Shown piece by piece: positions 12,825 to 24,269 of a DNA stretch of 35,773 nt. Under the pieces are notes generated by a model, which saw only the letters and a list, made by a program, of their open reading frames with translations, did no database searches and was not told the DNA's origin. Source of the DNA: Ministeria vibrans ATCC 50519 (Eukaryota; Protista; Filasterea); contig CALSCP010001412.1 in NCBI GenBank assembly GCA_943704425.1, positions 1-35,773 on the forward strand, read 5' to 3'. A program made the position numbers and the translations under genes. Position 1 is the first letter of the stretch. Every line of letters starts with the position of its first letter.

Positions 12825-14707
12825 GTTGTTTTATTTTGATTTATCTTTTTCTATTATTATTTTTTCTATTATTATTGTTTTATTTTTCTAGTATTATTAT
12901 TTTATTTTTCTATTATTATTGTTTTATTTTTCTATTATTATTGTTTTATTTTCTATTATTATTGCTATATTTTTCTATTATTATTATGAGTATTATAGAT
13001 GTACCTGTCTCATTGTAGCGCAATGCCTGTTTCAACTGTGGTGTCCACGAGACACTGTCGTCCGCCGAGAACTTGCCCAACCAACGTGTATGCGACCTAA
13101 TCACCACAAGTCAGTTCTTCCCTACAAAACTACACTCGACTACGCCCTACCAGGGATTCTTGATGAGCGCCATCTTGAGAGCGCCCACCCTCACCAAGTC
13201 GAGCACAGCGTACGCGTGCAGCTCCACCAACCCCGTCCGCTCCATCTCCCGTGCTCCCATGGGTCCCGTCGCCACCGTCACTAACACACGCCCGTTGCGT
13301 CGGTGATGCTCCAGACGCGTCCACAGGTGTGTCATCGCCCCTTCGTGTTCCTTCCCTTTTTGCAGTTGCGCTCGCTCCGGGATCCATCCAATCAGCGCGT
13401 ACATATCGATGTTCGAATTGCTTCCCGGGTGATCGTACCCTCCAAAAATCTTCAAAAATGCCTTTTCTACCAGAGACACCCAGAACTCGCTGCGGTTAGC
13501 CGAGTATGAGCAGAGCAGACGGTCAGCACTGTCGCAGGGCAGGCGGTCATCGATGACAATCTTGCGGGCTACTCCGTTGTAGTGCAGTTTGATCATGTAC
13601 TTGCCACTCGCATTGATCACCGGCTGCCCCGCACTGTCCTTGGGATAAATGATGTCTGTAATGACGCGTCGCCGGTGCGTCCGCTCGTAGTCTGCCATGA
13701 GACACAACGACGCCACAAACGAACAGTCACTCACAATGGTCTGTCGCACATGCTCACTGCCCAGCTCCACCACCATCCGCGCTCCCGATATGCCCACCAG
13801 CTCCTGTGGACGTCGCCAACTTCGAAAGACCACATCCTGCTTGGCCGAAAGCGCCGGAAGGCCGTCGGGGTCCTCAAAGGGACGCCCGGGCGGAGACTGT
13901 GAGACGTCAGACGCATCCAACGATTGAAATGGACGATAGATACGTCCGTTGATGGTCGATGTGCGCGTCAAAACCGCCTTCTCTTCATCTGTCAACGGTG
14001 CACCCGGTGTGGCCACCACGACCACCACAGGTGAAGAAGAGGATGCCGGAGCGGCAGGGGGAGGGCGAGAGGAGGGCGGTGACAGTGCACTCGCAGACGG
14101 CTGTCGCTTGAGCGCCTCCATTTTGGCCAGGAGGGATTCGGCAAGGGTGCGGAGAGCATCACGACTCGCCGGCACAACACCCGCCTTCTCGCTCGCATCA
14201 ATACACAGCTGAATGGCGTCGCCATAGTCACGAATCGCCGACACACAATCCCGACGCGTTTGCGCAGCATACGCACTCGCTGCGAGCTCGGTAGCGCGTT
14301 CAAAAGGATCCACAGTGGTCGTTGGCGTTGCTTTGGTGGACGAGGGTGGCGGCACAGGCGCTGTTGAGGCTGGGGTTGTCGCTGGTGGGGCGAGAAGTTT
14401 CTCGTGAAGAGTCAAAGCGCGAGTGTCATACTCGACCGCCCTTGCCTGATGGAAAACGGCTCAATGGCGGGTGGTCAGGCGCACACTCTTACCTTGGCTG
14501 CTCTGGCATGATTCGCATCACGGTCTCGCGACGACACAGCACACAGCTCGGTGGCAGCGGCACGATAGAGCTTGATCGCCTCCCTCAGGTCCCTGTGGTG
14601 GTGTGTGTGTGAGACGCGACAGCCCTTCTGATCAATGACGACTGCTACCCGCCAGATGCATCGATTCGAGTGGCCCGGTTGGCAAGGTCGATTGCTCGAG
14701 AGTACAT
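11013..14707 (-). CDS. CAPN7: Calpain-7 / PalB-type cysteine protease (MIT-MIT-CysPc-C2L domains)
   Basis: ATG at 14707 (MYSRAIDLANRATRID...AIKLY, MIT), a second MIT, catalytic QTIVSDCSF, ELHAYAV and KNPW, plus DDRLP, WVSLVEKA and GGYDHPGSNS; C2-like domains with SGGCSNH..NPQF and AAGCANH..NPRF. Confidence 0.93.
12745..12995. repeat. (TTA)n and degenerate TTTTCTATTATTATT repeats in a calpain intron
   Basis: Seen directly. Confidence 0.9.
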
Positions 14708-14719
14708 CAGTATAGTCTT

Positions 14720-14835
14720 GAAAATAAGAAATTAATAATGAAAAATCGAGTGAGACACTCAATCAAAACAACAACAACAATAATAATAATAATAATTGAA
14801 AATGCAAGCGACAAATGAGCCAAACTTCCGCCAAA
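14720..14835 (-). promoter_or_regulatory. Diverged copy C of the conserved upstream element (upstream of CAPN7)
   Basis: Minus strand: GGCGGAAGT (14832-14824) ... TTGTTTTGATTGAGT-GTCTC-ACTCGATT (palindrome 14762-14746) ... TTATTTTC; ATG 39 nt further on. Confidence 0.6.
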
Positions 14836-14996
14836 CTCATATTTATTCACGAATCATAATACTTGGTTGCCTTAGAAGTTAAAAGTTAGAAAGCTTTTCT
14901 TTTGGCGTTAAATTTGTCGATTGAGTCTTCATAGTCAGAGAGTGATTGATACCCACATCCCACTCACTTCATTGAGGTTAATACTGTATGTTTGCT

Positions 14997-15834
14997 TTAC
15001 TTCACATTCGGCCTTTTGGACAGAATCTCAATCCAGTAGCCGTCGGGGTCCGTCACAAACGCCAGTCCCTTCATGCGCCCATCATCTGGCTTCTTGATGA
15101 AATTCACTCCCATCTTTTCCAGTCGCGCACTCGTCGCATACACCTACAACACAAATCCGTATCACTCTCGCTCGATCTGCTTCCGGGCACACCTACATCT
15201 GAAACAGAGAATCCAATGTGGCCAAAGCCGCGTCCTTCGGCGGGCGTGGGCACGTTTCCGTTGCAGTACTTGTACGTTGCGTCCTTCTCTGTACAAATTC
15301 TGTCAGTGGCAATGTCAGGAGATTTTAACAGCATACCCGTGCCCCAATTCCACGTCAGCTCAAGCATAGCTTCACGCTGATGAGCCCAAGGCACATTATT
15401 CACATACGACGAAAGAATCATAAGTGCGTGATGATGATAAGAGACACTCTGTCACACAACTCTCTCTCTCTCAAAGTGTCGCAATGACTCTCCCTCGCTC
15501 CCGCCAGCCCAGCCCGCACCTCGAACGCCATCTTCCCGCGCCCATCCTCGTCGGCAGGCACTTCTTCGCCTTCCTTGAGCTTGCCCAGGAAAAACAGGGA
15601 AAACTTGGCTTCGTCAAAGTCAAAGCGCTTCACAAGGGTCATCCCAAAGGCCTTTTGGTAGAACGGAATGGACACGGCGGGGTCTCGGATCCGCAGCATC
15701 GTCTGATTGAAGACGTAGTCTTTCGTCTCTTCATCAAAGGCTGCAAATCAAAGAGACACTCAACACACATCCACTTCACCGCCAATGCACCTACACGTGA
15801 TCACAGGAACTTCCACACCGGACTCAGAAGACAT
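14997..15834 (-). CDS. GLO1: Lactoylglutathione lyase (glyoxalase I)
   Basis: [18 protein letters not shown]...[33 protein letters not shown] and [25 protein letters not shown]; four introns. Confidence 0.95.
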
Positions 15835-16014
15835 GTTGTTCCTTGTAAAGGTATGTGAGTATAAATTTAATTAAAATTGCTGAGTAAGATCATGTCTACA
15901 ATGTATATAATATGTCACTTCATGTAAACTTGAAACACACTTAAAACCCAAAGTCTTATTCGTAAATCAGTGGGTCTATGGGCTTCTTTAATCTTTTGGA
16001 ACCTTCTCGTCTTA

Positions 16015-16119
16015 AAGTCTTCGGCGGAAGTATTGTGCTGCTCGTTGTATTCTATATTGTCTTGTTTTGACATTGAGTACAGCTCTCGATTCTCTATCGA
16101 CTATTTATTTTCCTATTCA
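16015..16119 (+). promoter_or_regulatory. Copy A of the conserved non-coding upstream element (in the GLO1/CTLH-gene divergent spacer)
   Basis: Three blocks shared with the reverse complement of 34099-34210: AAGTCTwCGGCGGAAGTATTGTGCTGCTCkTTGT, TTGTTTTGACATTGAGTACAGCwCTCGATTCTCTAT and TTATTTTCCTATTCA. The repeat is certain; the function is inferred. Confidence 0.75.
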
Positions 16120-16148
16120 TAAATTTCATATTAAAGAATCTATCAGTG

Positions 16149-19051
16149 ATGGCGCCTTCTTCATCGTCAGAGCAGCCGCTGTCGCTGTACACCCTCGACA
16201 AGCTGGTCGGCGAGTTCCTCGTCCACGACAAGCTGCTGCGCGACTGCCGCTTTGCCGTCGCTCCCTGTCGCCCCGACGAAGCCGCCGCCGCCGCCGCCAC
16301 GAGCCAGGAGCACGCCTTGGTGGTACGCTCCCCACTTGCACCGTGCCGTGCACCCCCAGCCTTGTCCTTTCCTTCCAACTTTTCTTTCTTTGAACTTACT
16401 TATATCGTTTTTTTTTGTCTTTTTGTCTGATTGCCTTCAGAAACTGACAGACGCCATTCGAAATGGGACCCTCGACGAGGGTACGTTTTCTCTGTTTGAC
16501 GAGTGCAACTGTCCGGGCGGAGACGAGATGCGCTTCCGTCTCGTTCAGCAGCAGGTGAGAGTCACACCCAAACCGATCAATGACTCACTGCGTTTCGCTT
16601 TGTCTCTGTGCAGTTCATCGAATTGGTGCGCCAAGAGCGCCTCGACGAGGCAGTTGCCCTTTCTCGTGTCAAGCTTGCCCCGCTGGCTCTGAATGCGCAC
16701 GCAGACGCGTACACCGACTTCAAACGCGCCATGTTCCTCCTCGTCGCCATCGGCAGCCCCATTTCAGCACTGCCGCCGCCTCTTTTACGTGTCTGGGACA
16801 CTTCCGCTCGCGAAACCCTTGCCAACGATATTTCCTTGGCCTTCACCGAGGAGAGGGGCCTGCACGAGGCCGATTTTGCCCTTCTCATCCGCTTTCTCTC
16901 CGTCATTCATCATGTACGCGCCACACCACACGAACACCACACTCAAGTGTGCTGCAGCTCAATTCAAATTGGCATTAACTCTCCGCGAATGTTGTTTAGA
17001 ACATGACATGGACAACAGGCGATCCCGCTGAGTACCCCGAAATTGAGTCTTTCCTTGCGGGCACCACAAGAAACAACAGCAACAAAGAGGCACCGGGCGA
17101 CGCGACACGCAAGAACAACAACAATAATAACAATAACTCCGCAAAGAAGCGTGGTGGCTTTGTCAGCGAATCCGACGCCCTCGCTCTCTCAGCGTGCCTG
17201 GGTATGTCTTTGCGTGCTGCGTATGAGGCCATTCGCGAAGCAAACACCTCCGTCACGACTGCTCTGTCCAACGAACTCGGTCGCATTCGATTGGCTAAAG
17301 AGGTATGAAATAATATTATAATATTAAATATCATGAAGCAATTGACTCTTTTTTGTTTTTTTTTGTTTTTTTGTTTTTTTTATTGATAGGTTCTGTATAA
17401 AATGTCTCTCGAGTACGCCACGTTCCGTCAGCTGAGCTCCACACTGCCCAGCGATGACTCGACGAGCAGTGCGTCAATGATGGTCGCTCAGTCGATTCTA
17501 TCATTGGGCCATTCGTCCGACTATGACTCGCTCTTTACACTGCTTGCGCAGCACTCCATTGCTCTTCCCTGTGACCTTGAATTCACTTTGCGTCTCCTTC
17601 AAATCCGAGGCATTCTCAGAGCCCAACAATCACAAGAACAAGGAATGGGTGGCACAGGACAAAAAGGACCCAATGAGAATGAGAATGAGAGTGTGCGGGC
17701 CATAGAAACAATTCGCGCGCACCTCACGCGCTGCATTAACCAGTCACCACCCAACGCACAGTCAGGCATGCGCGACCAAATGCACTCTCTGACACTCCTC
17801 ACGGTGTGCCCCTCTGCTCTTGGTCTCTCTTCTCGACACGCGCTGCCCCCAGAGCCGTCGCGCGATGACCATTTGCGCCTCATTGGTCGTGTTCATCACA
17901 TTGTCTGTGACTCTCTCAACGTACTCCTCAAACGAAAGCATTGATGTCCTTTGTTTTGCAATAACTGTCCTCCTTTTTTTTGTACAGGTTCCCTATCCGC
18001 GATTGGTCTCTGTTGTGCGTCACTTGCTGTTTACTCGCCAGAAATGGCTTTCTATGCAGAGTGTCACAGATCCCTTCTCGCGAATGTTTTCGCTCCACGT
18101 ACGCACTTGAGAGAAAGGAGGGAGAAAGAATCAACTAGAGAGAGAAAGTTGAACAAAATATTTTAATAATAGAGAGAAAGAAACAAAGTATTATCGAGAC
18201 ATTCTGATTTGGTTTGTGTGTTTGTGTGCGTGTGTGTGTAGCAACTGGGACAAGATGATGCGGAGAAGGAAGAGGGGAAGGACACGAGTGCACGGAGCGC
18301 AGGAGTTCCACGACTGGCATTCCGTCGAAGGCATGTGGGTAGTGCGGGCAGCGAGGGGACACGGGGTGGTGGGAGGCACGAGCGTGAATCGGCTGAGTCG
18401 CGTTTGGAGGCATTGATTCGGGCGAGCGAGGGGCGTGCAACTGGCAGTTCTGGAGGTGGTGATGGTGGCGACAGCGCACGTACGTCGGGGTATTCTGTGC
18501 TGTCGGTGTTGTTGCGAATGATGGCAGGTGCTGGATCTGATGAGATTGATGATGATGCGGGCGCGGCGGGAGTAGGAGCAGAAGGAGGAGGAGGAGCAGC
18601 AGCAGCAACAGCGAGGATGACGCGTCGACGACGGAGGAGAATGCCACACTGGATGACCGAGGATGAGCACGAGGCGAACGCGGCGGGAGATGAACTGGAA
18701 CTTGGAGTGCAACTTGAGGCTGACGGCATGGAGTGGGGCAATGTTGGGAATGAGGAGGACGATGACGATGAGCTACCCGACTTGCAGCATGAGCATGAGG
18801 AGGACGACGAGGACGACGACGATGAAGATGAGGATGATGAGGAAGAGGATGCGGCGGGAGTGGATCGACGGGCGCGGTTGCTTGAGGCGGAGATGGGACG
18901 GGCGCGAGAGGAGGACACGGGGGAAGGCCTGAGCGGCGAGAGCATTACAATGCTCATGGAGGTGATGGCGCTCCCGCGTGAAGTCGCCATTCGTCATCTA
19001 AGACGCTTCCGTGGTGATTTGGATCGAGCCATTGCGTCCCTCTTGCCCTAG
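16149..19051 (+). CDS. LisH/CTLH/CRA-domain protein with duplicated module, acidic tract and UBA-like helical domains
   Basis: LDKLVGEFL (LisH-like), FRLVQQQFIELVR...AVALSRVKLAPLA (CTLH), WDTSARETLA (CRA), second module FTLRLLQ...AIETIRAHL, and C-terminal ITMLMEVMALPREVAIRHLRRFRGDLDRAI (UBA-like); GT-AG introns. Confidence 0.75.
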
Positions 19052-19274
19052 ATATTCCGAAGAAAATGAGGAATTGTCACACAGCGAAAAACAATAATAA
19101 TAATGAATCATGTGGAATCAGTATGTGAAGAGTGGACACACATAGATCAAGGAGAGTCATTTACTCAAAAGAGCTATCCGACGGAGAGCTACGTATCTCC
19201 GTCTGATCGAACCGAACATGAAAAAGAAGAAGAAAAGATAACGATAGTTCGTTCATTTGAGACTGACACAAAGT

Positions 19275-19508
<234 letters not shown>

Positions 19509-19521
19509 ACGTCAACTATGA

Positions 19522-22500
19522 TTAGAAGCGCTCAAAGAGCAATACGAGCTCGGCGTGTTTAGTGTGGGGAAAGAGATCGACAGGCTGGGCCTTGACAAGG
19601 CGGAAGGGATCGCCTGATAGAGACTTGGACTTAAGTTTGCAGAGGTCGCGGACATTGTTGATGGACGCCTCAATGTTGCACGCGACGAAGACGACGCGCC
19701 GGACGGACGCACACTTGCGCAGCGTGTTGATCACTCGGAAGTGCACACCCGCACGCGGGGGGTCCAACACGGCTGACGGAGAAAGGGGTGTAAGTGATGC
19801 GAGGACAGAAAGATTATGAGTGATTCACTAGCAAACTCAAAGTGTGCGTGTCACTCAGTGACTGACTATGACTCAGGCAGGGTTCATTTTGGAGATTGCG
19901 TGTTGTAACAGTATTTGTGTGCGGGTTCGATTATGATTGAGTGACATTGAGTGAGATGAACAGAGATGAACTGATTGTGTAAAAATCTCGAGTGGTGCGT
20001 ATTAGAGTCATGAATTGCATCTTACCGGTAATTGACTTTGTACTTCCCGACGATTGGAACTGTCGAATGTAATTGGGAAGAGTCTCTTCGGCTTTGCCCA
20101 CCAGAAACTCAATGTTAGACACATCTGTAGAAAGCGAGAAGAGACAGGCAAGAGAGAGAGGAGACAAGAATGAGATCGAATCAAATTGCGAATTAATTTT
20201 TGTGCGTGTCATACCGTTGAGCTGAGCATTAATCTTTGCATCTCTGACTGCCTCCTCAACAATTTCAAGGCCAATGACGCGCAGTGCAGACGACGCCATA
20301 GTGATACCAATGGTTCCAGTGCCGCAACACACGTCTAAACGTGCACAGGTTAGTCGTTTTGTCGTATGTGTCAGTGTGTGCGTTTTACCTGCTACAATGG
20401 TCTCGTTGGTCTCTCCCGCTGCGCCCTTGGTCGCACTCGCGTCAGTTACTTCCATTGCACTCGTTTCAGTGTCAGTCACAGAGGAAGAACCCGCCTGTGC
20501 CCCTGCATCCGCACTACCCTCGTTCACACTCGAACTCTCAGTCGCAGTGTCAGGCGCAGTGGCGGACTCAGTGGCAGTGACAGGCGCAGTTTCAGTGACA
20601 GATTCAGTGACAGACTCGGTTGCAGTGACAGACTCAGTGACAGGCGCAGTTTCAGTGACAGATTCAGTGACAGACTCAGTGACAGGCGCAGTTTCAGTGA
20701 CAGACTCAGTGACAGACTCGGTTGAAATGACTTTTTCGGTCTCAGTGACTGCATCAGTTGTCTCGACGGCCTGTGTCGCCGTGGGTGCAGAGGGAAGGGA
20801 ACACCATTCGCGCACCAGCGAGTACAGTCGCTCTGCTGCGCCCGTGTTCACTTGAAAGAACGACGATACTGAAATGCGGAACCTAAAACCACACTCAATC
20901 GTGTCAAAACCACTCACACACTCACAAAGGGAAACCCCCCCAATCTGCTCACTTGAGACCAAAGAGCTGCTCGTAAATGAAGCCTTCGCCGAAAAGAGTC
21001 TCAATCGGACCCTGTTGCATAATAGTGAGTCCGTTGTTGCGCTGGACGAGCAGAGTGGTCGTCGGAAGATAGTCCGGATCAGACACTACGAACACAGAGA
21101 AAGAAAGCAAGACACACACACACACACATGTAAAAACATATAATTGGTTTAAATGTGATGCGTGTTTGCTGAGGGTGTACCGTCAAGCTGTGATTTGCTG
21201 AGGAAATACTGTTTGAGAAGGTCCACCTCAGTGTCGGGTGAGAAGGTTTCCGTGGCAACAGAATCACTGTTGATTTGAACGACCACCATGACTGAAAGAG
21301 AAGAAGGGGAATGAAGAGAGAGTGAGTGCGCAACTGGGTATGTTTTTTGAAGTATACGTCCGAGGGTGGTTGAGCGGACAGTGAGCATTCGCCAGAATCC
21401 TTTGTGATCGCGAATGTCGTAGGCGGGAGAAGGACGGGAGCGAATAAAGGACTGGAAGAGACGGGCAGTCTGAATGGCAACGGCAGGGACATGGACGCAC
21501 AGGGTGGGTGGCTGGACGAAGGAAGAAGGGATGGCATAAGGATTGTCAATGGGGTTGTCATAGTGACATTGTTGTCATCAGCGAAAGGGGTGCATCGACT
21601 CCACTCTCTTCTTACTGCAATGGCTGTGGTTCCCGTCGCATACGATCCAAATCGAAACCCAACCGTTTTCTCTTCGCCGTCGCGTGAAAATCCCACATTA
21701 AACTCACACTTGTTGCGATATCCATTTTTATCGGGTGACGGAATAATAGGAAGAACCTCGCACGGGAGTTTGTCACTGAACACAAAAGACACACGAAAAT
21801 ATAAGTCACACAGTTTTCCACCACTCTCCAAAGGAGTCCTACCGAGTGAGCCAACTGGGCGCTTTTCCATCTTTGCGCAGTGCATTTGGTAGTTGTTTGA
21901 GTGCAGTGCGAAATCGTTCCATTTTCTGTTCCAACTGATCCTCATAGGGAACCCTGTCACAACGCAGCAATAATGTATCAGCTCCAGAGCCAATAATATA
22001 CAATAATATATATATATATATATTATTGTGTGTGTTGATACCGCCAAAGAGGAGCAGTCGTGTCGCACACTTGTTCTTCATATGGTGCGTCGCTCTCCGT
22101 TCGCACTCTCTTTGCGTCCTGTCCCTCTGCTGTGCTTTCGCTCTTGTCGCTGCGCTGGCGCTTCTTCTCCCAACTGTCCTTGTTCTACATATGTATATAA
22201 TATATATACACGTATAAGACAGACATTAGTCAGAAATGCAAGGCGCGTCGGTGGTCGCGGTCGGCGTACGCGCTGGTACGGGTCGGGCGCAGCACTGACA
22301 GCTTCGGCGAAGAGAACACTCTTCTTAAAGGTAACACCGTTCATCTTCTCAATGGCTTGATCGCGCTCTTCGGACGTCTACACACGAGGGCGGCATTGGG
22401 GGGTTAGGGTGGGCGGGTGCGGGCGGGGCAGTTGTGACCTGGAAGGTGGCAAAGACAGCACCGTTGTTGGACATTTTGAAGCGATGGAAGTGCACGCCAA

Positions 22501-22762
22501 GACGCTCTGCGGCCTTCTTGAAGTCGCGCACGCCAAAGTAGCGCGGGAGGTTTGTCACGCGCATGCGGAAGTCTGGAGGGCAAGGAGAGGGGGCGGCGGT
22601 GAGCGGGCGACAGAGAACAGCATGCGATGTACCCAGATGCGTCAGGACGGGCGTGTCCGCCTCTGCAGCCGCTGCCGGCGATGCCATTGCCTCGTCTGTA
22701 GTGCCTTTCGTCGCCAGGAACGGTGCCGCGTCGCTGGCGGTCGTCGAAGAAAGTGGTTCCAT
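19522..22762 (-). CDS. TRMT2A: tRNA (uracil-5-)-methyltransferase, TRMT2A-like with N-terminal RRM
   Basis: RRM ([13 protein letters not shown]), [56 protein letters not shown] and [11 protein letters not shown]. Confidence 0.93.
20545..20750 (-). repeat. Coding minisatellite (12/18-nt units such as GTCACTGAGTCT) encoding a ([10 protein letters not shown])n insertion
   Basis: Tandem gactcagtgaca and ggcgcagtttcagtgaca units within an open TRMT2A exon. Confidence 0.9.
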
Positions 22763-22939
22763 GATAGGAAATAAATGAGAAATCTGTGAAGAATATCTAA
22801 CTTTTTAATTATATTTTGTGCCCTGATCATTATCTATCTATCAAACATGGAACAAAGTAAAATAACAGGCTTTAAAGGGGGGCTGGGTCACTCTGGTGAT
22901 CGCGCGTGTACGTCGTACAATCGTGCACTGAACGAACTC

Positions 22940-24171
22940 TTAATCGACATTTGCATTGACTCTATGTGCCGCTCGAAGCACAAAATCACGATGGCTCGCA
23001 TACAACTGCAGGTCTGCAGTGACCGCCATCCAGCGCACCGCACTAGCATCATCGCCCGCACACAACACAAAGCGCCCAAACGACGTGTTGGTCTCATCGT
23101 GAAAGTGCACCGCCACCGTCTCCATCCAGCTCTCGTCTGTGTTGCGCGGGTCATCCACATACCCCTTATACACGGTGTGCTGGGTGTCCGCAAACGCCCG
23201 TTCCAGCTGCGCCCCAATCTCTGCGCGCTTCGACTCGTCCGCTTCCAGTGAGTTCATTGCCTGTTGCAATCGATTGAGATAGTGTAGAATGAATACTTTT
23301 TTTGCGTTTTTTTTTAACCTCTTCGCCAAATTCCTTTTTCAATGTAGCTGAGACCGAGTCACCTGGTTCAACCATTCCCCCGGGAATTGCCCATCCACCT
23401 CCGTCAGTTCGCTTGATCTACACATTCCATAGACGACCGATCGTTACTTCTGTCTTGTGTACTTACTTTTGTTTCTATCTATTACTTTGTTTCTCGTCTC
23501 CTTTCTCTTCCCCTCTCTTTCCTTTCTATCGCATTGTTTCTTTCTCCCTCTCTCTTTTTCGATCACTTTGATTCTTCCTCCCTCTCTCACACTCACACTG
23601 TTTTCTTTCTCTCTCTCTCTCTTTCTTACTGCGACAAACTCCAACACTGGCTTTCCATTCTTCTCAACAACGTCGCCCTTCTCACTGCGCTGCCATCGCG
23701 TGACAATGGGGTCTGCGGCGTGGTTGGGTCCCCAGCGGCCAAGCAGTCCGCGTCCTACCGAAAACGTACTGTGTTATGCTGAGCGTCTTGTCGTCCACAC
23801 AACCAAGCCAGCAACGCGCGTGCCTTTCATTCCAGTGCGACCGCATGGGTTCTGTGGGACTCCACCGACGACCGCGTAGGTGCCTGAGAAGCTGCGTCGG
23901 TCGATTGAGCCGTCGATTTGGTTCCATTTCGCTTTTGCAAGTTCAGCATCGCTACGGTCCACGTCGGCCCACACGGGCTTCTTCAGCACCACGGGGGCGG
24001 TGTAATCCACAGGCGCGTACTCTGCCCACGGCGTGCTCCATGATACCTACGCGAGATGGAGTGAGAATCGAACGGAGAGCTGTTTCATGCCTTGTCGTCG
24101 GCCACAGGTGTTCGTTCGATCCCCGTGGGGTATTTAGCCGACCGTGCTTTGACGTGAGGGGGAAGGGACAT
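22940..24171 (-). CDS. NUDT9: ADP-ribose pyrophosphatase NUDT9
   Basis: HVKAR..YP, VSW...[54 protein letters not shown]...[31 protein letters not shown] and LYASH. Introns 24047-24090 and 23755-23823 are GC-AG; two more are GT-AG. Confidence 0.95.
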
Positions 24172-24222
24172 CTGATTGTTTTGTGTAAAAAAAAAATTAG
24201 TGTTGAATAAAATTTGAAGAAG

Positions 24223-24226
24223 NNNN
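24223..24226. other. Assembly gap or ambiguous bases (nnnn)
   Basis: Four N characters; the true length of this spacer is uncertain. Confidence 0.99.
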
Positions 24227-24269
24227 AGAATTTGAATGATCCACTTTTTAGTTTGTCCTTTTCATCATC

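Noticed and set aside
15290-15337. Apparent 16-aa insertion in glyoxalase I
   Set aside because: It is an in-frame 48-nt GT-AG intron; removing it restores NWGTE.
16079-16095. CTCGATTC in the conserved element as a tRNA T-loop or Pol III B-box, or the element as a snoRNA
   Set aside because: Lacks GTTCRA, has no A-box or cloverleaf, and no C/D or H/ACA boxes are conserved between copies.
20545-20750. Regularly spaced repeats considered as a CRISPR array (also 35662-35773)
   Set aside because: Tandem units with no unique spacers, eukaryotic context, and no cas genes.
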